Notes under the pieces: model-generated
Database searches by the model: none
Told to the model about the DNA's origin: nothing
What the model saw: the letters and a program-made list of their open reading frames with translations, nothing else
Made by a program: the position numbers and the translations under genes
In this document: positions 63,461 through 64,000 of the stretch, in pieces
Layout of the letters: each line of letters begins with the position of its first letter
Numbering within the stretch: the first letter of the stretch is position 1
Source: Patescibacteria group bacterium
Lineage (GTDB): Bacteria; Patescibacteriota; Minisyncoccia; UBA6257; GWB1-50-10
Assembly (NCBI GenBank): GCA_038065455.1
Contig: JBBTQX010000002.1
Location: 32,001-96,000, forward strand
DNA length: 64,000 nt
Direction: 5' to 3'

Positions 63461-63484
63461 GGTGGTGTCTTTAAAGACACCACC
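63461..63484. repeat. Family C perfect palindrome, copy 3
   Basis: GGTGGTGTCTTTAAAGACACCACC (24 bp) between hisS and udg. Confidence 0.9.
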
Positions 63485-63494
63485 TTATTTTTGA

Positions 63495-64000
63495 CTAACA
63501 ATTTAGGATGTTTTTCAAATATTCCAAAATGTCGTCCTTCTCGATTTCTTCCTGCGTCCTTTCTCTCATATTCTTCACCTGCACCGTTTCTTTTTTGCGC
63601 TCATCGGAGCCCAGGATAATCACGAAGGGGTAATTTCCTTTCGCGGCATAGGCCAGCTGGCCCCGCAAAGTCTTTTCCTGGCCGAGATAGAACTCGGTCG
63701 AAATGCCCCCTTGGCGCAAATCGGTCGCAAGCGACTCGCAAATCATTTCGGATTCATCGTCGAAATTCAGGAGAAGAACGCTCGCATTCGCGCTGAAATT
63801 GGGAAAAAGCTTGAGCTTCTCCAAAGCTACGAAGAGCCGATCCACGCCGATGGAGCCCCCGGTCGCCGGAATCGAGGCCGTTCCGAAGCGGGAAACCAAA
63901 TCATCATACCGCCCGCCCGAGGCAACCGAACCCAAATCAGGATATTCGTTTACGACGGTTTCAAAAACCATGCCGGTGTAGTAGCCCAAGCCGCGCGCGA
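63495..64000 (-). CDS. hisS: Histidine--tRNA ligase, C-terminal part (5' end outside the window)
   Basis: ARGLGYYTGMVFE, SGGRYDDL, GGSIGVDRL, anticodon-binding domain. Confidence 0.92.
   Translation of the reverse strand, partial: ARGLGYYTGMVFETVVNEYPDLGSVASGGRYDDLVSRFGTASIPATGGSIGVDRLFVALEKLKLFPNFSANASVLLLNFDDESEMICESLATDLRQGGISTEFYLGQEKTLRGQLAYAAKGNYPFVIILGSDERKKETVQVKNMRERTQEEIEKDDILEYLKNILNC

Noticed and set aside
1-64000. Numerous long plus-strand ORFs in the track (e.g. 25204-26781, 42066-43187, 49025-49987, 59083-60021)
   Set aside because: They are antisense shadows of well-supported minus-strand genes and show no recognisable motifs.

Overview
A compact, mostly minus-strand chromosome segment with a gene set typical of Patescibacteria (CPR, Parcubacteria-like); the taxonomy is inferred from gene content, not from a search. 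It contains frr-holB-mreB-murA, the infA-rpmJ-rpsM-rpsK-rpsD-rpoA-rplQ-rplM-rpsI cluster, short alaS and aspS, ppsA, enolase and glycerate kinase, a copper/thiol-redox cluster, split comEC, mnmA, efp, two VirD4/HerA-like ATPases, secDF, tgt, a MacAB-type ABC exporter, malic enzyme, a PcrA/UvrD helicase, udg and hisS. Accessory genes are a Panacea toxin-antitoxin pair and a type IIG-like restriction-modification gene plus an NYN nuclease. The main unexplained signal is two families of inverted-repeat (IR) elements at gene junctions. Family A (ATCCCGTTAGAGA...TCTCTAACGGGAT, 4 copies) always abuts the host start codon. Family B (CCAGGYAGT[GA/AG]AAAT...ATTT[CT/TC]ACTRCCTGG, 5 copies) occurs in both orientations. 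In each family exactly one copy holds a small stand-alone GIY-YIG nuclease gene and the other copies are short nuclease-less derivatives. This suggests a GIY-YIG-associated mobile element system with autonomous and MITE-like members. Also present are further palindromic inserts (some inside coding sequences), a likely antisense sRNA over the NYN 3' end, a 6S-like RNA candidate and many apparently leaderless genes. No CRISPR array, rRNA, tRNA or classical transposase was recognised. All assignments come from reading motifs by eye.
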